Part shown: positions 1-7,837 of the stretch, in pieces
How the letters are laid out: each line of letters opens with the position of its first letter
Position numbering within the stretch: the stretch's first letter is position 1
Assembly: GCA_023135835.1 (NCBI GenBank)
Contig: JAGLSI010000002.1
Span: 1 to 45,075, forward strand
Direction: 5' to 3'
DNA: 45,075 bases
From: Minisyncoccota bacterium
GTDB lineage: Bacteria; Patescibacteriota; Minisyncoccia; Phycocordibacterales; UBA12079
Translations under genes and position numbers: made by a program
Notes under the pieces: model-generated
Told to the model about the DNA's origin: nothing
Databases searched by the model: none
The model's input: only the letters and a program-made list of their open reading frames with translations

Positions 1-21
1 ATTATATGCTTGCTTCATATA
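1..21. repeat. 21-nt exact direct repeat, copy 1 (attatatgcttgcttcatata), abuts window edge
   Basis: The identical 21-mer recurs at 44334-44354. Weaker similarity continues about 15 nt further (ttttatct vs ttttattct). Confidence 0.9.
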
Positions 22-91
22 ATTTTATCTTAAAAACGTCATCTACACAAAATATAGCTAAAGTTTTAACTTTTCTATAAAATACCTTATT

Positions 92-1039
92 TTAAATTTT
101 GGTCATATACAAATCAGGCTCACCATTTCTATAATCTGACCAAATAATTTTATCCTTATCTATGGTCGGCTGAGACTGTGTTGTAAAATGATAAGTAATC
201 CTTGTTGTTAAGGCTGATTTAATATTATATAGAAATATATCAGACTGTGTGCTAGAAAAATTAACATAAGCAATATTATCACCGTATACAACCGGAGTTC
301 CTTCATAATCAATTGATGTACTGACTTCGTGTTCTGTTTCTGTAAGTAGATCGTAGTAATAAATATCAGCATCTGTTCCATTCCCTCGATTTCTAAAATC
401 ATGCCAAACTATTTTATTTTTATAAATTTTAGGAGCTGTTTGATTTTCTAAAGCTGATGTAATTTGAACCTCTATCTTTTTAGCCAAATCATACATGTAA
501 ACATCAATATTATGATTACCTGCTCGACTGTCTGCCCACACTATTTTATTATTATAAATATCAACACTACTTTGACCACCAAGATCATTAGTAATTTGAG
601 TTTTTTCTTCTGTTTTTATATTATAAACAACAACATCTCCTTTATTTTCAGGAACAGAATTATCTATCCATGCAATTCTATTTCCATATATTACAGGACT
701 ATATTGAGAAATAGAATCGTTCGTAAGATTAACTATAACTTCCTTTCGTATGTCATAGAGGTATATATCTCCATTATGATCCCAAACAACATAGTTTTTA
801 TTTATACTAGGTTTCCCTACATTCCCCATATCCGAAATCTTTTTACTTGATCCTGTATAAAAATCATATAAATAATTTTCATGAAATCCGGTACTAAAAT
901 CAGAATAAGCTACATACCTACCATCAACAGACGCCTTCCATTGATGTGAAGGTTCAGTAATAAGCGGCTCAACTGTAAACGCAAATACAGGAAGAACAAC
1001 AAAAATAAATAAGGTGGACGCTAATAAATATTTTTTCAT
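92..1039 (-). CDS. Secreted or membrane-anchored beta-propeller repeat protein
   Basis: Track ORF. The first ATG is at 1039 (the track start at 1045 is TTG). There is an N-terminal hydrophobic segment LLASTLFIFVVLPVFAF. Six repeats of about 45 aa follow the pattern N[KR]I[VA]W.D......DIY.YD. Confidence 0.6.
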   Translation of the reverse strand: MKKYLLASTLFIFVVLPVFAFTVEPLITEPSHQWKASVDGRYVAYSDFSTGFHENYLYDFYTGSSKKISDMGNVGKPSINKNYVVWDHNGDIYLYDIRKEVIVNLTNDSISQYSPVIYGNRIAWIDNSVPENKGDVVVYNIKTEEKTQITNDLGGQSSVDIYNNKIVWADSRAGNHNIDVYMYDLAKKIEVQITSALENQTAPKIYKNKIVWHDFRNRGNGTDADIYYYDLLTETEHEVSTSIDYEGTPVVYGDNIAYVNFSSTQSDIFLYNIKSALTTRITYHFTTQSQPTIDKDKIIWSDYRNGEPDLYMTKI

Positions 1040-1137
1040 ATACAATTTAGATATTAAATTTATTAAATTTACTTCGACTTTCTTTATAGTCTCATGTCTA
1101 TATTAAATTATCAACAGATAAATTCTCTCAGAAATTT

Positions 1138-3564
1138 TTATCTTACTTCCCAACCCTTTAATTCAATCTCTGCTGTGATTTTATCCATTACTTTATTTAT
1201 CTCTTCGTCAGTTAATGTTTTTTCTTGAGACTGAAAAACTAAATTAAAAGCATAAGAAGTTTTATTTTCCTCCTCAGGACTATAAGTATCAAACAATTTT
1301 GTCTGCACCAACAAATCCCCTGCATTTTCTTTTATTATTTTTAATAAATCATCTTCATCAAATTCATTTGGTACAAAAACAGCAATATCTCTTAACATAA
1401 AAGGATAAGCTGAAATACTCTTAAATTTAGAAACTTCAACAACTCCTTCAACATTAATATCGTTATGAACATTAATACCTAAATTAGGCTTATTCATAAA
1501 AACATCTCCATAAGATTTTGGTTCAGGCAATTTTTCAATCATCTCGTCTAAATTAACCTCAAAAACCCCACCTTGTCCGTCCTTGGAACTAGGATCACTT
1601 AGTAGCCCGGGTACTAAGTCTAATTCTTTATTTAAAATAGTTATAATATTTTGAATTATCTCGTCTCTCACAGAATCAGATTGTTTATCTTTTTTAACAA
1701 CCCTAGCCCCAATTGCTAAAACATTATATTCCCCATCAATACTAGGAAAAACTTTTCCTATTTCAAAAATTTTAATTTCATCCAACCCTAATACTGGTGC
1801 ATTTTTTTCATTTAAATCTAAAGATTTTTCAAGTCCATCTTTTAAATTAATTCTCAAAAATCCTAAATTAGAAGCTAGAGGTTTTTGCACTTCTACAACC
1901 CCTTTATCTCCAAAGGTATATGTAGAAACTTCAGAAAAACCTTCATCTACTAAAATATCTTTAATTTTATTAATATAATAAAAAGTTTTATTTATCTTAG
2001 GTTCAAAAACTCTTGAAACAAATTTTGATTCAATATTTCTATAACCATAAATTCTTCCAATCTCTTCAACTAAATCTTCTTTAATTCTTAAATCTAATCT
2101 CTCGTGAGGAATCTCAATAACAAATCTTTCGTGATTGTTAGAGATTCTTCTATATCCTATAATATTCTTAAATTGAACGGCTCCTTTTAATTCCTCAATT
2201 TTAACTTTCCCTGGTCCTCCGTTTTTTCTAGAAGAATGAATTATTTTCCCGCCTCCTAAATATACACCGACATGATCAACCCCTTCTTCCACCTTGCTTC
2301 CTTTTAAAAAATCTAGGGTTTCATAATAAATCTTTCCGTCTTTAGTATTTGAAAATACAAGATCTCCAGCCTGCAAATCATTTTCCGAAATTTCTTCTCC
2401 CCAAAAATACTGATCAACAGAAATCCTTGGAATAGCTATTCCTGCCTGAGCGAAAAGATAAGCAGTGAAAGATGAACAGTCAAAAGATTCTGGAGAATCA
2501 TAAGAAACACTTGCTCCGTATTTATATGGCTTATTTTCAAGAGACATCGCTAGTTCTAAAACTTTTTCAATCGGATTAATTATTTCAAACTTAAAATCAA
2601 GTTTATTTAAAATATTTTCTATATCATCATCTAATAAATCTACTCCTAATAACCTATTTACTTCTTGAGTAGAGATACCTACTTTATATAAATTAGCTTT
2701 TCTAGGATAAACATCTAGGATATCTTCTGATGTTTTTCCTCCTGTTAAATCAACAACTAATTCTGACAATCTATTCATAGCTTCTTCAACTTTTTCTGGT
2801 GAAATCCCATTTTCAAAACGCACAGAAGCATCTGTCCTTAAACCTAATCTTTTTGAAGTTTCTCTAATATTACCCTGATTAAAATTACAAACAGATAAAA
2901 TAATATTTTGAGTATTCTCATCAATTCCTGAAGCTAAGCCTCCTTTTACCCCAGCAATATCCAAAGCTTTTTCACTATCACTAATCACTAATATATTTTC
3001 ATCTAATTCATACTCCCCGCCATCTAGAGTGTTTATTTTTTCTCCATTTTTAGCGTTTCTAATACTAATTTCTTTTAGTCCATCTCCTGCAACTTTATCA
3101 AAATCAAAAGCGTGTACAGGTTGACCTGTTTCCCACATTACATAATTTGTAATATCAACTACATTATTTATAGATTTCTGCCCAATAGACTCAAGTTTCT
3201 CCCTTAACCAATCTGGTGATTGCCCAATTTTTACATTTTGAACTAATCTTTTTGTTGCCCTAAAAACTAAATTAGTATCTTTAACACTTAAAGAAATATG
3301 ATCTGAAGATTTTAAATTTTTTTCAAAAATCTCTTTTTTATCTTCTTCCCTTAACTTCAAAGAAGTTAAAACTGAAATCTCTCTAGCTATCCCTTGATAA
3401 CAAAAACAATCGTGGGAACGATTAGGTAAAACATCTATATCAATTAAATTATCTTCTACCCCTTCTACTTCAAAAGAATGAAATGTCAAAATCTCCACCA
3501 AATCTTTAATCTCTGGCAGAGGTTCCTCAAAATATTCTTTTAACCATTTGTATGAAAATTTCAT
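1138..3564 (-). CDS. pheT: Phenylalanine--tRNA ligase beta subunit with embedded NlpC/P60 domain
   Basis: 808 aa. It has the B1 N-terminus MKFSYKWLKEY, a B3/4 region, a B5 segment (ISTQEVNRLLGVDL...ERLDLRIKEDLVEEIGRIYGY) and a C-terminal FDX-ACB-like end (ISAYPFMLRDIAVFV, KTSYAFNLVFQS). No OB-fold B2 segment follows B1. Confidence 0.95.
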   Translation of the reverse strand: MKFSYKWLKEYFEEPLPEIKDLVEILTFHSFEVEGVEDNLIDIDVLPNRSHDCFCYQGIAREISVLTSLKLREEDKKEIFEKNLKSSDHISLSVKDTNLVFRATKRLVQNVKIGQSPDWLREKLESIGQKSINNVVDITNYVMWETGQPVHAFDFDKVAGDGLKEISIRNAKNGEKINTLDGGEYELDENILVISDSEKALDIAGVKGGLASGIDENTQNIILSVCNFNQGNIRETSKRLGLRTDASVRFENGISPEKVEEAMNRLSELVVDLTGGKTSEDILDVYPRKANLYKVGISTQEVNRLLGVDLLDDDIENILNKLDFKFEIINPIEKVLELAMSLENKPYKYGASVSYDSPESFDCSSFTAYLFAQAGIAIPRISVDQYFWGEEISENDLQAGDLVFSNTKDGKIYYETLDFLKGSKVEEGVDHVGVYLGGGKIIHSSRKNGGPGKVKIEELKGAVQFKNIIGYRRISNNHERFVIEIPHERLDLRIKEDLVEEIGRIYGYRNIESKFVSRVFEPKINKTFYYINKIKDILVDEGFSEVSTYTFGDKGVVEVQKPLASNLGFLRINLKDGLEKSLDLNEKNAPVLGLDEIKIFEIGKVFPSIDGEYNVLAIGARVVKKDKQSDSVRDEIIQNIITILNKELDLVPGLLSDPSSKDGQGGVFEVNLDEMIEKLPEPKSYGDVFMNKPNLGINVHNDINVEGVVEVSKFKSISAYPFMLRDIAVFVPNEFDEDDLLKIIKENAGDLLVQTKLFDTYSPEEENKTSYAFNLVFQSQEKTLTDEEINKVMDKITAEIELKGWEVR

Positions 3565-3635
3565 TTATTTTTTATTGCTTTTTTTTTAACTAATGTTATT
3601 ATATTAATATAACCATGAAAAGGACCCGGTGGTAG

Positions 3636-4142
3636 TTAGTTTCCATTTAGGGGCCTTTTCTTTTTGTCTAGTTTCTTCCTTAAACTGTTTAAATAAGTAA
3701 TCTCATAGGGCAATCGTCTAACTAAATAAGAAAGCTTTTTTGATGGAGATATCACTTTAATCTCTTTATTTTCATCTTTAGCAAATTCTAATAAACAAGC
3801 AAAATCTCCATCACTAGATACTAAAACGAAATCACTAAAATCTTCTCTAAAAATGTCAGTTACTGCTTTTAAAACTAATTCTGCATCACAATTGCCTTTT
3901 ATTTTTCCTTTAGATTTTAAAGTTTTCTTAAAAATAATTTTATACCCGATTTCTTCTAAAGAACTATATAACTTTTTTTGTTCTTCAACAAACCCAATAA
4001 AAAAATAAATTTCTTCTGTTTTAAAATTTTCAAAAAGCCAGATGTAAAAGTTTTTATAATCAAACTTCCAATCAAGAGACTTTGACCCTCTATACAAATT
4101 TGCCGCGTCTATATAAACCCTGGTTTTATTATTAAATTTCAT
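3636..4142 (-). CDS. NYN (LabA-like, PIN-related) domain protein, paralog 1
   Basis: Motifs RVYIDAANL, GNCDAELVLKAV and VLVSSDGDFACLLEF. The ATG at 4142 lies 1 nt after the mazG-like stop. The track start at 4178 overlaps the upstream gene. Confidence 0.75.
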   Translation of the reverse strand: MKFNNKTRVYIDAANLYRGSKSLDWKFDYKNFYIWLFENFKTEEIYFFIGFVEEQKKLYSSLEEIGYKIIFKKTLKSKGKIKGNCDAELVLKAVTDIFREDFSDFVLVSSDGDFACLLEFAKDENKEIKVISPSKKLSYLVRRLPYEITYLNSLRKKLDKKKRPLNGN

Positions 4143-4143
4143 A

Positions 4144-4449
4144 TTATTTTTTATATCTATCCTTATCCCTATCGGCAACCTTGTCTATGCTTTTTTGAAC
4201 CGCTTCTCCCAAATCTATACCGTGAGAATTAGCAAAACAAATTAAAGTATAAATTATATCTCCCATCTCATCTTCAATATCTTTCTTTTTTTCTTCTAAT
4301 TTTTTCTTTTTAGGGCCGTAAATATGATTAACTTCTCTAGCAAACTCACCACATTCTTCAAACAACCTAGCTGTAATAGCCAATGGTTCCCAATAACCCC
4401 AACCTTTTTCTTCAAACCATTTATTAACTTGTTCTTGATATTTTTTCAT
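4144..4449 (-). CDS. Small MazG-like nucleoside triphosphate pyrophosphohydrolase
   Basis: 101 aa with EECGEFAREV...EDEMGDIIYTLICFANSHGIDL, the typical all-alpha NTP-PPase EEXXE/D layout. Confidence 0.8.
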   Translation of the reverse strand: MKKYQEQVNKWFEEKGWGYWEPLAITARLFEECGEFAREVNHIYGPKKKKLEEKKKDIEDEMGDIIYTLICFANSHGIDLGEAVQKSIDKVADRDKDRYKK

Positions 4450-4453
4450 TTAA

Positions 4454-5230
4454 TTAAAACTGATTAACTAATCTCAAATCTCCTGAATAAAGTCGTCTAA
4501 TATCATCTATCCCATACTTGAGCATTATAACCCTATCAATACCAATACCAAAAGCAAAACCTTGATATTTTCTTGAATCAATTCCGCCAGCATTTAAGAC
4601 ATTGGGATGTACCATTCCTGCTCCTAAAATTTCAATCCAACCACTATGTGAACAAGACGGGCAGCCCTTCCCCTCACACTTAAAGCAAACCATGTCCACT
4701 TCCAATCCTGGCTCTACAAAAGGAAAATACCCAGGACGAAGTCTAATAACAACATCTTTTCCAAAAAACTCTTGAAGGATATTCTCCAAAGTTCCTTTTA
4801 AATTTGCTAAGGTAATATTCTCCCCTACAACCAACCCTTCACATTGATGAAATTGAGCGTCATGAGTAGCGTCCGTGGCTTCATTTCTAAAAACTTTCCC
4901 AGGGACAATAATGGCAAAAGGAGCTTGGTTTTCTTCCATATAACGAATTTGTACATCAGAAGTTTGAGTTCTTAAAAGTTTTTTAAGATTTTCGGGTTTC
5001 AGCCAAAAAGTATCCTGCATATCTCTAGAAGGATGATTTTTTGGAAAATTTAAAGCATCAAAATTATAATATTCATCTTCTATTTCTGGTCCACTCGCAA
5101 TCTCAAACCCCATTTTAGAAAAAATATCAGAAAATCTTTTAATAGTTTGTGTTAATAAATGTAAATGCCCTCCTTGCCCAACTGTAAGTTTAGAGCTTTC
5201 TTTCTTATCTAATTTTTTTGAGGTAGTCAT
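4454..5230 (-). CDS. pheS: Phenylalanine--tRNA ligase alpha subunit (short N-terminus)
   Basis: [30 protein letters not shown] and [16 protein letters not shown]...[10 protein letters not shown]...DLRL. The ATG is at 5230 (the track start at 5236 is GTG). Confidence 0.95.
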   Translation of the reverse strand: MTTSKKLDKKESSKLTVGQGGHLHLLTQTIKRFSDIFSKMGFEIASGPEIEDEYYNFDALNFPKNHPSRDMQDTFWLKPENLKKLLRTQTSDVQIRYMEENQAPFAIIVPGKVFRNEATDATHDAQFHQCEGLVVGENITLANLKGTLENILQEFFGKDVVIRLRPGYFPFVEPGLEVDMVCFKCEGKGCPSCSHSGWIEILGAGMVHPNVLNAGGIDSRKYQGFAFGIGIDRVIMLKYGIDDIRRLYSGDLRLVNQF

Positions 5231-5237
5231 AATCACA

Positions 5238-5265
5238 ATTATATATTAAAAATAGGAGTTTTCAA
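5238..5265 (-). promoter_or_regulatory. Sigma70-like promoter for pheS (TTGAAA-16 nt-TATAAT)
   Basis: On the minus strand, ttgaaa (5265-5260), a 16-nt spacer and tataat (5243-5238) end 7 nt before the ATG at 5230. This implies a leaderless or near-leaderless mRNA. Confidence 0.3.
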
Positions 5266-5339
5266 CCTACCTCTATTAATAAATAAAGTTCGTATTTTAA
5301 TTTTACTTTTAGTCAAAAAAAGGTTATTTTATACATAAG

Positions 5340-6857
5340 ATGAAAACAGTCAAAGATATTACTTCTTATATAGACAACCCTTCAAAAAAAGACGAAAAAT
5401 TGATTGAAGAGGCTTTTAATTTTGCTGTAAACGCCCACTCTGGTCAAAAAAGATATTCTGGCGAACCTTATTTTAATCATGTTTATGAAACAGGAAAAAT
5501 TCTAGCTGAATTAGGAATGGGAGCCACTGTAATTTCAGCTGGACTTCTACATGATGTAGTAGAAGATGGGATTACCACAGAAAAAGAATTAAAAGAAAAA
5601 TTTGGTGAAGATATCTCTCTTTTAGTAGAAGGAGTTACTAAATTAGGAAAAATTAGATTTCAAGGATTAAAAAGACATACTGAAAGTCTTAGAAAATTAT
5701 TCATGGCATCTTCTCAAGACATCAGAGTTCTAATAATAAAATTTGCTGACAGAGTCCATAATATGAAAACTCTTGATTATGTTCCTAAAGAAAAACAACT
5801 AAGAATTGCAACAGAGACATTAGAAATATTTGCTCCTCTAGCTTACCGCCTAGGAATTGGAGTTTTAAATCGCCAACTTGAAGACTTATCTTTTCCTTAT
5901 GTTTACCCTAATGAATATAAAAAAGTTGAAGAAATAGTAAGAGAAGAAACAAAAGATAGTATTATATCTCTTAAAAAAATAGATCGTTCAATCAAAAAAC
6001 GATTAGCCAGAGAAGGTATAACAAATATTCATAGTAATTCCCGTATAAAAGGAATGTATAGTTTATACAGAAAACTAGAAAGAAAGCACTGGGATATTGA
6101 TAAAATTTATGATATTGCAGCCTTAAGGATTATAGTTCCTACTAAAAATGATTGTTATAAGGTACTAGGAATAATACATGATTTCAGAAGACCTATGCCT
6201 GGAAGAATTAAAGATTATATTGCTTTCCCTAAACCTAACGGCTACCAAAGCTTACACACCACAGTATTTACCCGATTTGGTAATGTTGTTGAAATACAAT
6301 TACGAACAGCAGAAATGCACAAAGAAGCTGAGTATGGAATTGCCTCTCACCTATCTTATAAAGATAAGGTTGTTTATAAAGAAACTGATGATCCTAAGAT
6401 GTGGATTAAAAGGTTATTATCTAATATAAATAAATTAGATAATAAAAATAAAAAACCAGAGAATCCTAACACTGCTCCAGAGTGGATAAAAAATTTAGCT
6501 GACCACCCAAACGAAACAGAATCACAAGAATTTATTTCAGAATTAAAAAAAGATTTTTTTGAACATAGAGTTTTTGTGTTTACACCCAAAGGAGATGTTA
6601 TTGATTTACCAACAGATTCTAGTCCAATAGATTTTGCTTTTGCTATTCATTCAGATGTTGGAAATCATATGCACGGTGCAAAGGTTCATGGAAAATTAGT
6701 TTCATTAGATACTAAACTAAAAAATGGTGATATCGTAGATATTATGACTAAGAAAACTATTACACCTACAAAAAAATGGTTAGACATTGCAAAAACAGCA
6801 GAGGCTCGCCGACACATTAAATCTACCCTTAAAAAACTTCAAGAAGCACCTAAATAA
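5340..6857 (+). CDS. rsh: RelA/SpoT homolog, bifunctional (p)ppGpp synthetase/hydrolase, HD-SYNTH-TGS only
   Basis: The HD domain is HSGQKRYSGEPYFNHV...LLHDVVED. The synthetase domain is RIKGMYSLYRKL...AALRIIV...GYQSLHTTV...VEIQLRTAEMH. The TGS domain is VFVFTPKGDVIDLP...KNGDIVDI. The ORF ends about 40 aa after TGS. Confidence 0.9.
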   Translation: MKTVKDITSYIDNPSKKDEKLIEEAFNFAVNAHSGQKRYSGEPYFNHVYETGKILAELGMGATVISAGLLHDVVEDGITTEKELKEKFGEDISLLVEGVTKLGKIRFQGLKRHTESLRKLFMASSQDIRVLIIKFADRVHNMKTLDYVPKEKQLRIATETLEIFAPLAYRLGIGVLNRQLEDLSFPYVYPNEYKKVEEIVREETKDSIISLKKIDRSIKKRLAREGITNIHSNSRIKGMYSLYRKLERKHWDIDKIYDIAALRIIVPTKNDCYKVLGIIHDFRRPMPGRIKDYIAFPKPNGYQSLHTTVFTRFGNVVEIQLRTAEMHKEAEYGIASHLSYKDKVVYKETDDPKMWIKRLLSNINKLDNKNKKPENPNTAPEWIKNLADHPNETESQEFISELKKDFFEHRVFVFTPKGDVIDLPTDSSPIDFAFAIHSDVGNHMHGAKVHGKLVSLDTKLKNGDIVDIMTKKTITPTKKWLDIAKTAEARRHIKSTLKKLQEAPK

Positions 6858-6860
6858 AAT

Positions 6861-6894
6861 AAAAGAGCGATGAGCTAAAGCTCATCGCTCTTTT
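6861..6894. terminator. Bidirectional intrinsic terminator between convergent rsh and the LOG-like gene
   Basis: Perfect 15-bp stem aaaagagcgatgagc / gctcatcgctctttt with loop taaa. An A-tract on one side and a T-tract on the other flank it. Confidence 0.8.
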
Positions 6895-6916
6895 ATTAAT
6901 AATTAATTAAAAATTA

Positions 6917-7561
6917 CTAAATATCTAAAAGAGGTTTTTCCTCTTTTTTAGGTCTTTCTGCTTTCTCTAAATTCACCTTATTATAATTTTTATATACTTC
7001 TTCTTTATCTTTAGCTACCAAAGCTAATACCTTTTCTACTAATATTTTAGGATCTTCATCAAAGACTATTTTGTCATTAGGGCGATGAGCTTTTTCTAAA
7101 ATCATTTCAATAATTTCATCAGTTGCCCAATCTCCTTTTAAAATACCCATTGGCTTTTTATCTTCAAAAGCAATAGTAAATTCATGAATAGTCCCCACTC
7201 TTCCTGCTGTAATAAAAACAGCATCAACAGATTTTGTTAAAATTAAATCTCTTCCTGGATAACCAAAGCCTGTATAAATAATCAAATCCATATACTCTGT
7301 TGGTAATTTATAAAAACCCAAATGCTCTGCTTCAGTATCTGCAGGAGAAAATCCAATAGAAAAGCCTCCTTCACTTTTAGCTCCTTTGGCTCCCCATAAC
7401 GGCAACCCTGTAGTTGCTCCTGTTACAACAATACCTCCCTGTCGTGCGATTTCTCTTCCTAATTCTTCTGTTTTAACAACAGCATCAGGAGTAAGATGAG
7501 TCGTCTCAGCGGCTCCTGAAATACATAATTTTGGTTTTAAAATAATTCCTTTTTCATCCAT
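6917..7561 (-). CDS. LOG / TIGR00725-like Rossmann-fold nucleotide-binding protein
   Basis: ELGREIARQGGIVVTGATTG...GFSIGFSP...AVFITAGRVGTIHEF resembles the LOG/SLOG (lysine-decarboxylase-like) family. Confidence 0.6.
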   Translation of the reverse strand: MDEKGIILKPKLCISGAAETTHLTPDAVVKTEELGREIARQGGIVVTGATTGLPLWGAKGAKSEGGFSIGFSPADTEAEHLGFYKLPTEYMDLIIYTGFGYPGRDLILTKSVDAVFITAGRVGTIHEFTIAFEDKKPMGILKGDWATDEIIEMILEKAHRPNDKIVFDEDPKILVEKVLALVAKDKEEVYKNYNKVNLEKAERPKKEEKPLLDI

Positions 7562-7568
7562 AAGTTAA

Positions 7569-7596
7569 GTATTAAGTATTATGTATTAAGTATTAG
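7569..7596. repeat. Tandem heptamer repeat (gtattaa x4, slightly degenerate)
   Basis: gtattaa gtattat gtattaa gtattag begins 8 nt upstream of the LOG-like ATG. A second 7-mer series (tactttc-like) lies at 7634-7660. Confidence 0.8.
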
Positions 7597-7671
7597 ATAG
7601 AAAAGTTTGCTTTACAAATTTTTCTAGGAATAATACTTTTACTTTCTACTTTCTACGTTTTAATTTTTTAA

Positions 7672-7836
7672 TTATGATAATAACTTGGCTTTTTTATAGA
7701 GATCTCTTTGCAATTCATTTGACCCTGAAGTAGCATTTTTTATTATTTTCTTTTGACTTTTAGAAGAAATAGAAGACCAGCGAAAAGCTTTGTCTTTCGT
7801 TTTTTCTTTTACAAAAAAGTTTTTAATTGACTTCAT
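7672..7836 (-). CDS. Small basic hypothetical protein (54 aa), not in ORF track
   Basis: Hand translation: MKSIKNFFVKEKTKDKAFRWSSISSKSQKKIIKNATSGSNELQRDLYKKAKLLS. The ATG at 7836 lies 1 nt after the stop of the zeta-like gene, which suggests translational coupling. Confidence 0.35.
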   Translation of the reverse strand: MKSIKNFFVKEKTKDKAFRWSSISSKSQKKIIKNATSGSNELQRDLYKKAKLLS

Positions 7837-7837
7837 A

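Noticed and set aside
464-850. Antisense or nested ORFs in the track. Short ones: 208-402, 464-850, 6178-6429, 6374-6589, 9883-10125, 10586-10795, 11017-11226, 12467-12802, 13447-13671, 18913-19113, 20940-21125, 21597-21836, 24346-24606, 26875-27162, 35749-35991, 39909-40091, 40472-40660, 44010-44285. Longer ones: 28586-29068 and 38490-38957.
   Set aside because: All lie inside and opposite to, or out of frame with, much longer ORFs that have clear family motifs. Their translations are low-complexity I/L/F/S/K-rich strings of the kind AT-rich DNA produces by chance.
2441-2452. The sequence cctgcctgagcg inside pheT matches half of the GC-rich palindromic element.
   Set aside because: Only a half-site is present with no inverted partner. 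It simply encodes AQAG within the NlpC/P60 domain and is most likely coincidental.
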